NCBI GenBank assembly: GCA_044356295.1
Contig: JBIKWN010000013.1
Span: 1-50,489 of the forward strand
Source: Bdellovibrionota bacterium
Lineage (GTDB): Bacteria > Bdellovibrionota_C > UBA2361 > JBIKWN01
Reading direction: 5' to 3'
Length of the DNA stretch: 50,489 nt
In this document: positions 18,605 to 27,169 of the stretch, piece after piece
How the letters are laid out: every line of letters begins with the position of its first letter
How positions within the stretch are numbered: the stretch's first letter is position 1
Made by a program: the position numbers and the translations under genes
Notes under the pieces: generated by a model
Told to the model about the DNA's origin: nothing
Databases searched by the model: none
What the model saw: the letters and a program-made list of their open reading frames with translations, nothing else

Positions 18605-19924
18605 TTGAAAGGATGTAGTTTGAACGCAAGAATAGCTATCATATTGGTTCTACAAGTTTTTTTCTGTTTTTTTAGTGAGGCAACAGAACTCTCTTGCCAA
18701 CCTACAAAGACACCGATTCCGGTTAAAACCTGTACTTCCATTCCATCTATAAAAACTCCGACACCGACCCCAAGTAGGACTCCAACCGCTACAGCTTCTG
18801 CTAATCTAATAAAAAAACTCCTCCTAACTTCGATGTGTTCTGATGATCCTTCAAAATCTAGAATGTGGCGTGTTAGAAATAGTAATAATGAAATTATAAA
18901 ATTTTCTTGGGATGTATTTGGAACATCAATTAATGATAAGAGCTTAGCAACTATTCGAGATAGTTTTTTTTCAACTCCAACACAAGGTGGTCCCAATACG
19001 GTAAGAATTTTTGTGGATGGAATTCAGCAAGATGTTAAAGCAAGCGGAGGCACAGCTTGTCCAACTCCTACACCAACAATTACGCCTACTGCTACACGAA
19101 CAAAAACAGCAACAAATACACCAACTCAAACATCAACGCGGACTCCAACGGCAACCTATACACCGACAGCAACATCTACTAATACTCCAACCTCAACACC
19201 AATTTCGACTTACACTGCGAGTCCAACTGCAACTCCTACCGAAACATCTACACCGACACCTTCACCAACGGCTACCGCTACTTTGACCTTTACGGCAACT
19301 ATTACCTCAACAAATACTCCTAACCAAACGATGACAGCATCGCCTACTCCATCGCCAACAGAAACACCAGAAAATACTCCTACAACTTTACCATCAATGA
19401 CTCCAACACCTCTTCCTCAAATCACGATGACACAAACTCCAGTTCTTACGATTACCCCAGAGACCGTAACTAATAATTGTGAAAATCAAGATAATTCTGA
19501 TGTATTAGAAAATTCGGATACTGCTGCATTCGTTCAGATGAAAAATGCAAACCGCATAGTATTACTCGCCAGAAAAGTGTTCGGTAAAAGAGCTTTAATC
19601 AAAGAAGAAAAGCAGATTAAAAAACTTTACACCGATGCATGGGTTCTTATCTGGTCATTGCCTTCTGTGACACTTCAATGTCAGATTCCTCTGAGTTGCG
19701 CAGTGGAAAGTTTCGAAAGCCAGGCAGGTATCATTGAGTCAGCTTCCCATCAACTGAGAGCCATATCGAATAAAATTGTCCGATTAGCAGAAAAAAATAA
19801 AAGCTTTAAAAATAAAAACAAAAAATTGATTTTGAAAATAAAAGCTCAAATAAAATCAAGCTGGACTCATTCTATAACAGCACAAGTAAATCTTCCTAAG
19901 AAGGGATCAACTTGTCAGAAGTGA
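18605..19924 (+). CDS. Secreted protein: signal peptide, small Cys-flanked domain, Pro/Thr linker, four-Cys basic C-terminal domain
   Basis: Signal-like ARIAIILVLQVFFCFFSEA and a ~135-aa TP-rich tract. The C-terminus matches those of the proteins at 46208 and 48925. Start codon uncertain (TTG). Confidence 0.8.
   Translation: MKGCSLNARIAIILVLQVFFCFFSEATELSCQPTKTPIPVKTCTSIPSIKTPTPTPSRTPTATASANLIKKLLLTSMCSDDPSKSRMWRVRNSNNEIIKFSWDVFGTSINDKSLATIRDSFFSTPTQGGPNTVRIFVDGIQQDVKASGGTACPTPTPTITPTATRTKTATNTPTQTSTRTPTATYTPTATSTNTPTSTPISTYTASPTATPTETSTPTPSPTATATLTFTATITSTNTPNQTMTASPTPSPTETPENTPTTLPSMTPTPLPQITMTQTPVLTITPETVTNNCENQDNSDVLENSDTAAFVQMKNANRIVLLARKVFGKRALIKEEKQIKKLYTDAWVLIWSLPSVTLQCQIPLSCAVESFESQAGIIESASHQLRAISNKIVRLAEKNKSFKNKNKKLILKIKAQIKSSWTHSITAQVNLPKKGSTCQK
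19060..19470 (+). repeat. Coding Pro/Thr low-complexity repeat
   Basis: Degenerate TPT/TAT units within the 18605 CDS. Confidence 0.85.
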
Positions 19925-19930
19925 ATTGAT

Positions 19931-21700
19931 TTATTTCTCAGATAATTCCAACCAGCGAGCCATCATCTCATTCATAGAAGCAGTAACTTTATCGAAATCT
20001 GCTTGAAGTTCGAGCAGCTTATTTAAATGGGTAGCGTTTTCAGGCAAATGCAGTGCTGCTTGGAGAGTAGCAATTTTCGCCTCTGACGTTTGAATCTTTC
20101 TTTCTAAACTCTGCAACTCTTTTTTCTCATTAAATGTGAGTGTGCTTTTAGCTTGAGTTTGCTTTGATTCGTTCCCCGATTGAATAGATGGATTCTTTTT
20201 TGCAGTTTTCGATGATTCGTCCCACTCAATTTCAAATTGTGCATAATCTGCTAATCGTACAACTTCAGCATTTGGTAGAAATCCAACAACTTCGGTGCAG
20301 ACGCGTGCCATCATATATCTATCATGTGAGACAATAATTATAGCACCAGGATATTCAATGAAACTTTGTTCAAGAATTTCTAGGGTTTGAATATCTAAAT
20401 CGTTGGTAGGTTCATCAAAAACGAGAATGTCAGATTCAAGCAGAGATACTTTTGCAAGAAGTAATCTTGCTTGCTCGCCACCTGAAAGTTCACTTACTCT
20501 GCTCGCAAGCTGATCGCTATGAAATAGAAATCTTCTAGCCCATGTTACCACGTGAATTTCACGATTTTGAAATACAACAGCATCAGAGTCGGGTGCTAAA
20601 GTTTGTTTAACTGTCATTTCAGGATTCAATGTTTCTCGCATTTGACCAAAGAAATTAATTTTCAAATTTGATGCGCGAAGCACTCTCCCTTGAAGTACAG
20701 GAATGTCTCCGAGAAGAGTTTTTAGTAATGTAGTCTTGCCTGCACCATTTGCACCGACAATTCCAATTCGACTTCCAGGATAAATCGTAAGTGATAAATC
20801 TTTCCAAAGTTTTTTTTCAGGATAGCCACCAGAAGTATCTTCAAGTTTGATAAGCTCTTTTGTTTTTCTTCCAGAAGCTGCAAATCCTAACTCAGCTGCT
20901 TGCCGCTCAAACTGCATTTTGTTCAGATCATCAATCATACGATGTGCTTCATCGATTCGGGATTTTGATTTGGTTGTTCGAGCTTTTACTCCAGCGCGGA
21001 GCCATTCTACTTCTCTTCGAACTTTATTAGAGAGTGATGCTTTATGAGATCGAAGTGCTGATAGCGTTTCTTCACGTTTTTCCACTAATGCGCTGTATCC
21101 TCCGGGGGCAGATACGTAACCGCCAGGAAGTCTTGAATCAAGTTCAATAGTTCTAGCCGCAACACGTTCAACAAAAAATCGATCGTGACTTACAAATAAA
21201 CAAGCGCCAGAGAAAGCTGTGAGTTGATCTTCTAACCAAAGAATTCCTGGTATGTCGAGGTGATTTGTTGGCTCATCGAGAAGTAAAAGATCAGGCTTAG
21301 CTGCCAAACCTTCAAGTATTTTTAATCGTTTTCTCCAACCTCCAGAAAAAACTTCGATTGGAGAATCCAGATCTGTAAATCCAGCTTTTTCTAAAAGACG
21401 TCTTGCTTCAAAATCTGCAAGACCATGTCCAGCATTCATCATGATTGAAAGAGGGGTATCATCTTGCTCAAAACGATCGAGCTGTTTTACATAGGAAATT
21501 AAGAGGTCTCGTCTTTTAACAATTTCACCGGAGTCAGGGGTTTCTAAGCCAGCGATCATTTTCAGTAACGTGGATTTTCCTGATCCATTTTGACCTAATA
21601 ATGCAACGCGTTCATCATCGTTTAAAACAAGTGTTACTTCAGAGAAGAGAGGCTTAATTCCAAAATCTTTTCCAATATTATTTATACTTACAAGGGTCAC
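19931..21700 (-). CDS. uup: Uup-like ABC-F ATPase
   Basis: Two ABC domains, linker RREVEWLRAGVKARTTKSKSRI, C-terminal coiled coil LTFNEKKEL...MMARWLEL. Confidence 0.85.
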   Translation of the reverse strand: MTLVSINNIGKDFGIKPLFSEVTLVLNDDERVALLGQNGSGKSTLLKMIAGLETPDSGEIVKRRDLLISYVKQLDRFEQDDTPLSIMMNAGHGLADFEARRLLEKAGFTDLDSPIEVFSGGWRKRLKILEGLAAKPDLLLLDEPTNHLDIPGILWLEDQLTAFSGACLFVSHDRFFVERVAARTIELDSRLPGGYVSAPGGYSALVEKREETLSALRSHKASLSNKVRREVEWLRAGVKARTTKSKSRIDEAHRMIDDLNKMQFERQAAELGFAASGRKTKELIKLEDTSGGYPEKKLWKDLSLTIYPGSRIGIVGANGAGKTTLLKTLLGDIPVLQGRVLRASNLKINFFGQMRETLNPEMTVKQTLAPDSDAVVFQNREIHVVTWARRFLFHSDQLASRVSELSGGEQARLLLAKVSLLESDILVFDEPTNDLDIQTLEILEQSFIEYPGAIIIVSHDRYMMARVCTEVVGFLPNAEVVRLADYAQFEIEWDESSKTAKKNPSIQSGNESKQTQAKSTLTFNEKKELQSLERKIQTSEAKIATLQAALHLPENATHLNKLLELQADFDKVTASMNEMMARWLELSEK

Positions 21701-22293
21701 TCTATATTCTCTACATACATAATTTCACACGCGCCGTCGCCAGTATCTGTTCGGGTCAAAGAAGTATTCCAAGACCATCCATCTGCTTTAGTTAGATTCA
21801 CTAACTTTCCCTCTAACAAAACAATATCGTTTGGTTTTACTTCAAAAAGCTTTCGCTTAATTGTCGTTGATGCAGGAATAAGATGCATATTAGCCGAACG
21901 CAGTAAGATCGTAGGGATGGGAAGAGGTAACGTACGTACATCAGAGACCCAAAACGAATAATTGCGATAGCCGTGTCCGAGGGGAATCTTACTAAAATTT
22001 GCAGAGTCTGACATCTCTTTCCAGCCTAAAGTTAAGTCAATTGGTGAAATATCTGCACCAGGAGACCAATAATAGGTGTCAGTCAAAAGAACTCGTGCTT
22101 TCACCCGATATTCTGCTACAGGGTTCATCGTATAACCCTTCAGATTGAGTGCAGTAGCACTTGGTAGAATCCGTTGAAATGGTTCATTTTCAACAACAAT
22201 GCCAGGTTTTGGTACTGATTTAGTGCTATCGATAATTAGATGTAGGGAATACATCAAAATAAAAACGATAGTTATAGAAATTATTTTTTTCAA
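21697..22293 (-). CDS. Membrane-anchored hypothetical protein
   Basis: N-terminal hydrophobic anchor and motif-like segments SPIDLTLGW, SANMHLIPA, TRTDTGDGACE. 4-nt overlap with uup. TTG start. Confidence 0.75.
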   Translation of the reverse strand: MKKIISITIVFILMYSLHLIIDSTKSVPKPGIVVENEPFQRILPSATALNLKGYTMNPVAEYRVKARVLLTDTYYWSPGADISPIDLTLGWKEMSDSANFSKIPLGHGYRNYSFWVSDVRTLPLPIPTILLRSANMHLIPASTTIKRKLFEVKPNDIVLLEGKLVNLTKADGWSWNTSLTRTDTGDGACEIMYVENIE

Positions 22294-22312
22294 TTCAGAG
22301 AGACGTTGTCAG

Positions 22313-22543
22313 TTAGTGCAACGCTACGGTTGCTTCGATCGTTCCATATAAACCAATCAGAGCGTGACGTCCTTTTTGTTCGTATCTTTTAGGAATGAGA
22401 ATTTTAAATCCTCGAGCCGTTTCAGGGGTACGATTTGAAACATAAGATAAAATTACAGGGATACCAGCATCTTCAAGTCTTGTGATTACTTCATCACAAG
22501 AAATCTCTGATTCCGATCTGAAAATAGTATGATACTGTTCCAT
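22313..22543 (-). CDS. Small DUF2007-like (putative signal-transducing) protein
   Basis: Pattern TIF......C..V...LEDAGIPV....FKILIP...E.KG...L resembles DUF2007. Confidence 0.6.
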   Translation of the reverse strand: MEQYHTIFRSESEISCDEVITRLEDAGIPVILSYVSNRTPETARGFKILIPKRYEQKGRHALIGLYGTIEATVALH

Positions 22544-22550
22544 ACGTATA

Positions 22551-23657
22551 GTGAATCAGATGCCTCTTCTTTCGACAATTACCAAAGTTATTGAGCAGTT
22601 TCGCCCCGATGCTTCAGTTGACAGTTACGTACCCCTATCGATTGGGCATATTCACAAGACCTATATTGTTGAGATAACTGATAAAACAAACAGGAAGAAG
22701 GTGTTGTTGCAGGAGTTTTCAACCGATGTTTTCCCGTCTCCTGATATTGTTTCTCAAAATATATCAATCATAACTGAACATCTAAAAAAGAGTTCTTATC
22801 CGTTCGAGATATCGATACCACTACGAACTGTTGATAATCAATATTATGTAAAGATTGATTATCAAAATAAAGAAAAGTATTGGCGTTGTCTCACGTATAT
22901 TTCTGACGGAATTACCTATTCGCTCGCGCCATCAGTTACTTTTGTTGAATCAGCAGTACATGGTTTTGCATTGTTTCAAGAAAGTCTTGCAACGATTAAC
23001 ACTGCATTAATTCAAGCTCCAATAAATGGATTTATGGATAATCCTGCTCGCTATGCGAGTTTGCAAAAAGCAATCAGTGAGGATAATGCTTCCCGCAAAC
23101 ATTTAGTGATGGATCTAGTTCAAAAAATTGAAGATCATAAATCTCTTTTTACCTTAATCTCTGATCTTTATTCTGACCCTCTCTATCGGTGCCGTGTAAC
23201 GCACGGAGATATGAAGCTTAATAATATTTTATTTAAAAGCAATTCATCTGAAGTAAAAGCTGTCATCGACCTTGATACTTGTATGGTTGGAGACTATCTT
23301 TTTGATTATGGTGATTTTATGAGAATTGCTTGTTCAGAAGCTTCTGAAGATGAAAAAGACCATAATAAAATTCAAGTGAATGTAGACGCAGTTGAAGCAA
23401 CTTTTAGAGGTATAAAGAGAGCACACATAGACCTTTGTCAATCTGAAATGGCAGCACTCAGTCGATGTGGAGCCTCGTTAGCCCTTACCGTTGGTACAAG
23501 ATTTCTGACTGACTATTTGAATGGAGACAGGTACTTTAACGTCTCATATGAAGATCATAATCTTATTAGAGCCTGGAATCAGGTCGTTTTGGCTGAACGA
23601 TTCTTGGAGAAAAAAAATATAATTACAGCATTACAAAGAAAAGTTTTTTATGAATAG
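22551..23657 (+). CDS. APH-family phosphotransferase, N-acetylhexosamine-1-kinase-like (real start may be the ATG at 22560)
   Basis: GHIHKTY, RVTHGDMKLNNILF, VIDLDTCMVG...DYGD..R, RFLTDYLNGDRYF...HNLIRA.NQ. Confidence 0.88.
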   Translation: MNQMPLLSTITKVIEQFRPDASVDSYVPLSIGHIHKTYIVEITDKTNRKKVLLQEFSTDVFPSPDIVSQNISIITEHLKKSSYPFEISIPLRTVDNQYYVKIDYQNKEKYWRCLTYISDGITYSLAPSVTFVESAVHGFALFQESLATINTALIQAPINGFMDNPARYASLQKAISEDNASRKHLVMDLVQKIEDHKSLFTLISDLYSDPLYRCRVTHGDMKLNNILFKSNSSEVKAVIDLDTCMVGDYLFDYGDFMRIACSEASEDEKDHNKIQVNVDAVEATFRGIKRAHIDLCQSEMAALSRCGASLALTVGTRFLTDYLNGDRYFNVSYEDHNLIRAWNQVVLAERFLEKKNIITALQRKVFYE

Positions 23658-23826
23658 TATGACAATGTTCTTTTTATTTTTGGTTCTATTTACTGGTTGT
23701 TATCAGAGTGTATCAACGACATCCATTAATTCTTTTGAAACATGTATGGATGCCGGAGGTACTTTTTTGAAAAGTCTTCCAGCTAAATGTATCTATCGGG
23801 ATAAAACATATACAAAGATCAAATAA
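23650..23826 (+). CDS. 58-aa lipoprotein absent from the ORF track
   Basis: Hand translation: MNSMTMFFLFLVLFTGCYQSVSTTSINSFETCMDAGGTFLKSLPAKCIYRDKTYTKIK*. Lipobox FTG-C. Overlaps the upstream stop and ends 8 nt before the SDR start. Confidence 0.75.
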   Translation: MNSMTMFFLFLVLFTGCYQSVSTTSINSFETCMDAGGTFLKSLPAKCIYRDKTYTKIK

Positions 23827-23834
23827 TAACTATT

Positions 23835-24638
23835 ATGGATCCTAAACCCGCACCATGTGCTGTGATTACAGGCGCTTCTTCAGGAATTGGTGAAGCAATT
23901 GCCTATGAACTGCATAGACGTGGATATGACATTCATGTTGTAGCACGAAGAGGTGAGCGTTTAGCAGAACTATGTAGGACATGTAACCAGCTTCGTCCTG
24001 ATTCGGCGTCTATGATGGTACTCGATCTTGCCAAATCCGAAGAGTGTCGCCATCTTGAAATATTTTTAGAAACTCACCCTATAGATCTTCTTGTCAATAA
24101 TGTAGGAAGAGGAAGTTATCAAAATTTTGAATTACTAAACCGTGATCTTGAAACTGAAATGGTCATCTTAAATACTATTGTTCCACTTCGATTAGCACAT
24201 GCAGTGATTCCTTCAATGAAGGTGCGTGCGAAAAATGTAAAAAATACAGGAATTATTTTCCTCTCATCGATCGCTGGTTTTCAACCCCTGCCATTTATGT
24301 CCACGTATGCAGCTACTAAATCATTTAATTTATCTCAGTCTTTGTCATTAAGAGAGGAACTTCGACCATTTGGCGTTCATGTAACTGCAGTTTGCCCAGG
24401 TCCAGTAGCAACGGAATTCGGTAAAGTTGCTGGTGCTCCGATGGCAGATATGAAGCTCAATTCAGATTCTGCTGAATTTATTGCTCAAACTGCTATTGAT
24501 GGTTTCGAAAAAAACGTATCTGTAGTGGTTCCAGGAATAAAAGCAAAGTTTATGGTACTTGCTTCTATGATTGTTCCTACTTTTATTTCTACGAGACTTG
24601 TACGGATGGTGATTGAGCCTAAAAAATTAAAAAATTAG
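23835..24638 (+). CDS. Short-chain dehydrogenase/reductase (DltE-like)
   Basis: TGASSGIG, LLVNNVG, SSIAG, YAATK, VCPGPVATEF. Confidence 0.93.
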   Translation: MDPKPAPCAVITGASSGIGEAIAYELHRRGYDIHVVARRGERLAELCRTCNQLRPDSASMMVLDLAKSEECRHLEIFLETHPIDLLVNNVGRGSYQNFELLNRDLETEMVILNTIVPLRLAHAVIPSMKVRAKNVKNTGIIFLSSIAGFQPLPFMSTYAATKSFNLSQSLSLREELRPFGVHVTAVCPGPVATEFGKVAGAPMADMKLNSDSAEFIAQTAIDGFEKNVSVVVPGIKAKFMVLASMIVPTFISTRLVRMVIEPKKLKN

Positions 24639-24655
24639 GAATTTTTTATCTAAAT

Positions 24656-24727
24656 TCCGTGACCGTGGGCGTGGGCGTGAGCGATAAATTGTTCGCTCAC
24701 GCCTACGCTCAGGGTCACGGTCACGGA
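24656..24727. repeat. GC-rich intergenic inverted repeat built of hexamer units (REP-like)
   Basis: tccgtgaccgtgggcgtgggcgtgagcga (24656-24684) pairs with tcgctcacgcctacgctcagggtcacggtcacgga (24693-24727) with a 6-nt bulge. Related to the hairpin at 39725-39800. Confidence 0.85.
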
Positions 24728-24774
24728 GTAACCACTCGATAATCCTGGTGGATCCACGACCTAATAATCCTCCC

Positions 24775-24801
24775 CTTCGCGTACTTCGCGACCTTCGCGT
24801 T
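24775..24801. repeat. 3 x 9-bp tandem repeat CTTCGCGNN
   Basis: cttcgcgta-cttcgcgac-cttcgcgtt. Confidence 0.75.
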
Positions 24802-24906
24802 ACAAAATCCACCAAAAAACCAAGCAATATCAATAAGTTAACCCCACATACCTAAAACACAAACTCAATCTGAATCAACTCACCCCCAAAACCAGATAAG
24901 GGGTAT

Positions 24907-25299
24907 ATGAACCCAAAACGTGCCCGAAAATGGACTGAATACCAATACCCATTCGCTTTTAGACAAGCAGTGATGTCAGAGATGAATAATGTATTAAAAG
25001 CACCTGATGTTCTTAACGAAAATTACCGAGTTGTGCGTGTTCCAAGCCTTCATGAAAGAATTACTTCAATTCAACAGATAGAATCAGGCGAATTTTATAA
25101 AAAACAAAGAAAACTTTTGTTTTGTCTTTTCTTAAGTTTCCTTATGACTTCAGCAATACTTTTTTCGACAACTAAAACCTCTCACATATTATCTGAGAAG
25201 GTAAGTTCTGCTGTATTTAAAGTTCTCAATAACTTCAAAGGTGACTTTAATAAAGCGATTGATGGAGTATCAACATTTAGTAAAAGTACTGGATACTAG
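24907..25299 (+). CDS. Hypothetical single-TM protein
   Basis: aagggg SD upstream; hydrophobic stretch LLFCLFLSFLMTSAILFS. Confidence 0.65.
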   Translation: MNPKRARKWTEYQYPFAFRQAVMSEMNNVLKAPDVLNENYRVVRVPSLHERITSIQQIESGEFYKKQRKLLFCLFLSFLMTSAILFSTTKTSHILSEKVSSAVFKVLNNFKGDFNKAIDGVSTFSKSTGY

Positions 25300-25423
25300 T
25301 TACAGACATCACATCATCACCAGCAGCGTCAGCAGAACCAGACATTCCCCCAAGTACTGGCGATAATCATAAGATAGCAGTAGTCTTAATTTGACAAAGA
25401 TTACTTCTTAAAAGATTAGCACG

Positions 25424-26470
25424 ATGCAAAATAAACCTACCGCTGCCTTTGCAGCACAGTCATCTACTACACCATTAGCACCTTTTCCAATCAAAAGGCG
25501 CGATGTCCTCTCAAATGATGTGGCAATTAAAATACTTTATTGCGGAGTATGTCACTCAGATATACATCAAGCACGTAATGAATGGGGAGGTTCTCAGTAT
25601 CCCATTGTTCCCGGTCATGAAATCGTAGGTACCGTAACTGCAGTCGGCGAGAACGTAACAAAATATAAAGTAGGGGATACCGTTGGTGTCGGCTGCCTTG
25701 TTAATTCATGCCGTGATTGTTCTGAGTGTAACGAAGGATTAGAGCAATTTTGTGCAGGAGGAGTGTTTACTTACAATAGCACTGACAAAGATGGAACAAT
25801 TACCTTCGGTGGATACTCAACGAATGTTGTTGTCGATCAAAACTTTGTTGTTTCAATTAAATCATCACTTCCATTATCGGAAATTGCTCCACTTCTTTGC
25901 GCAGGGATTACGACATATTCCCCATTAAAGCATTGGAACGTTAAAAAAGGTTCTAAAGTTGCTGTCATGGGGCTCGGTGGACTAGGTCATATGGCTGTAA
26001 AAATTGCTCATGCAATGGGTGCAGAAGTTACTGTTTTAAGTTCATCTGATAAAAAACGCGAAGACGCAGTGCGCCTTGGTGCACATGCCTATGCTGTAAC
26101 CAGCGTTGAGCAAACATTTGAAAAATATGCAGGGTACTTTGACTTGATACTAAACTCAGTTTCAGGTGCGATTGGCTTAGAACAGTATCTTTCACTGTTA
26201 CGTCGAGATGGAACGATGGTACTTTTAGGCGTACCGGAGCAACCAGGAACGTTACACCCATTTCCTCTTATCATGAAGCGTCGGAATCTTGCAGGTTCAT
26301 TGATTGGTGGTATAGCAGAGACGCAAGAGATGCTTGATTTTTGTGCCACACATAATATTGGATCAGATGTAGAAGTGATTCCGATGAACTATATTAATGA
26401 GGCATACGAACGAATGATTAAGGGTGATGTTCGGTACCGATTTGTTATCGATATGAGCACTCTATCCTAG
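25424..26470 (+). CDS. Zn-dependent NAD(P)H alcohol/aldehyde dehydrogenase (cinnamyl-ADH/YahK-like)
   Basis: YCGVCHSD, PGHEIVG, CxxCxxC-x7-C, APLLCAGITTYSPL, GLGGLG, GDVRYRFVID. Confidence 0.95.
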   Translation: MQNKPTAAFAAQSSTTPLAPFPIKRRDVLSNDVAIKILYCGVCHSDIHQARNEWGGSQYPIVPGHEIVGTVTAVGENVTKYKVGDTVGVGCLVNSCRDCSECNEGLEQFCAGGVFTYNSTDKDGTITFGGYSTNVVVDQNFVVSIKSSLPLSEIAPLLCAGITTYSPLKHWNVKKGSKVAVMGLGGLGHMAVKIAHAMGAEVTVLSSSDKKREDAVRLGAHAYAVTSVEQTFEKYAGYFDLILNSVSGAIGLEQYLSLLRRDGTMVLLGVPEQPGTLHPFPLIMKRRNLAGSLIGGIAETQEMLDFCATHNIGSDVEVIPMNYINEAYERMIKGDVRYRFVIDMSTLS

Positions 26471-27169
26471 ATATGCTTGTTTAATCGAATCATCTGAAAG
26501 CAATTCTTTACCTGTTCCTAATTTTATAATCTCACCAAGTGAGAGCACATAAGCACGGTGACAAAGAGATAGTGCAATATTAGCGTTTTGCTCAACGAGT
26601 AAAATTGACATTCCGTTTTTGTTAAGCATGAGTAGTGATTCAAAAATCTTTTCGATAACTTTTGGCGCAACGCCCATTGATGGTTCATCGAGGAGTAGTA
26701 ATGATGGGTCGCTCATTAACGCTCGTGAAAGTGCAAGCATCTGCTGCTCACCACCAGAAAGCAGACCACCGAGTTGATGACGTCGTTCAGCGAGGATCGG
26801 AAAAAGTTCGAAAGCTTCCTCAATACGTTCCTTAATAATCTGTGGATTATCTATGATGAATCCACCAAGCTCTAAGTTTTCAAGTACTGTCATGCGAGCA
26901 AAGATTTTTCTTCCTTCTGGCACGTGAGCGATGCCTTTGGAGGGGAGTTCATCAGCAGAAAGATTTGAAATAACAGATTCGTCCCAAAGTATTTTTCCAC
27001 CGTGTAGTGCAATCATTCGGGATATTGTTCTGAGTAATGTTGTCTTTCCTGCTCCATTGGCTCCGATAACTGTTACAATTTCTTGCTTAGAAACAGTCAG
27101 GGATACATTCTTTAAGATAGCTTCTTTACCATATCCAGAATATACATCTTGAAGAATGAGTGAAGTCAT
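26462..27169 (-). CDS. livF: Branched-chain amino acid ABC transporter ATPase LivF
   Basis: GANGAGKTT, HVPEGRKIF, LSGGEQQMLA, LLLDEPSMG, LLVEQN. Confidence 0.93.
   Translation of the reverse strand: MTSLILQDVYSGYGKEAILKNVSLTVSKQEIVTVIGANGAGKTTLLRTISRMIALHGGKILWDESVISNLSADELPSKGIAHVPEGRKIFARMTVLENLELGGFIIDNPQIIKERIEEAFELFPILAERRHQLGGLLSGGEQQMLALSRALMSDPSLLLLDEPSMGVAPKVIEKIFESLLMLNKNGMSILLVEQNANIALSLCHRAYVLSLGEIIKLGTGKELLSDDSIKQAYLG

Noticed and set aside
15202..21700. Two nearby ABC-F genes as an antibiotic-resistance (ARE) locus
   Set aside because: Their linker and terminal signatures match housekeeping EttA and Uup.
24627..24833. 68-aa Arg-rich minus-strand ORF
   Set aside because: Its RSRPRPRSR/RDRDPERRRER content is the translation of the hexamer hairpin and 9-bp repeats; TTG start and no other coding signal.
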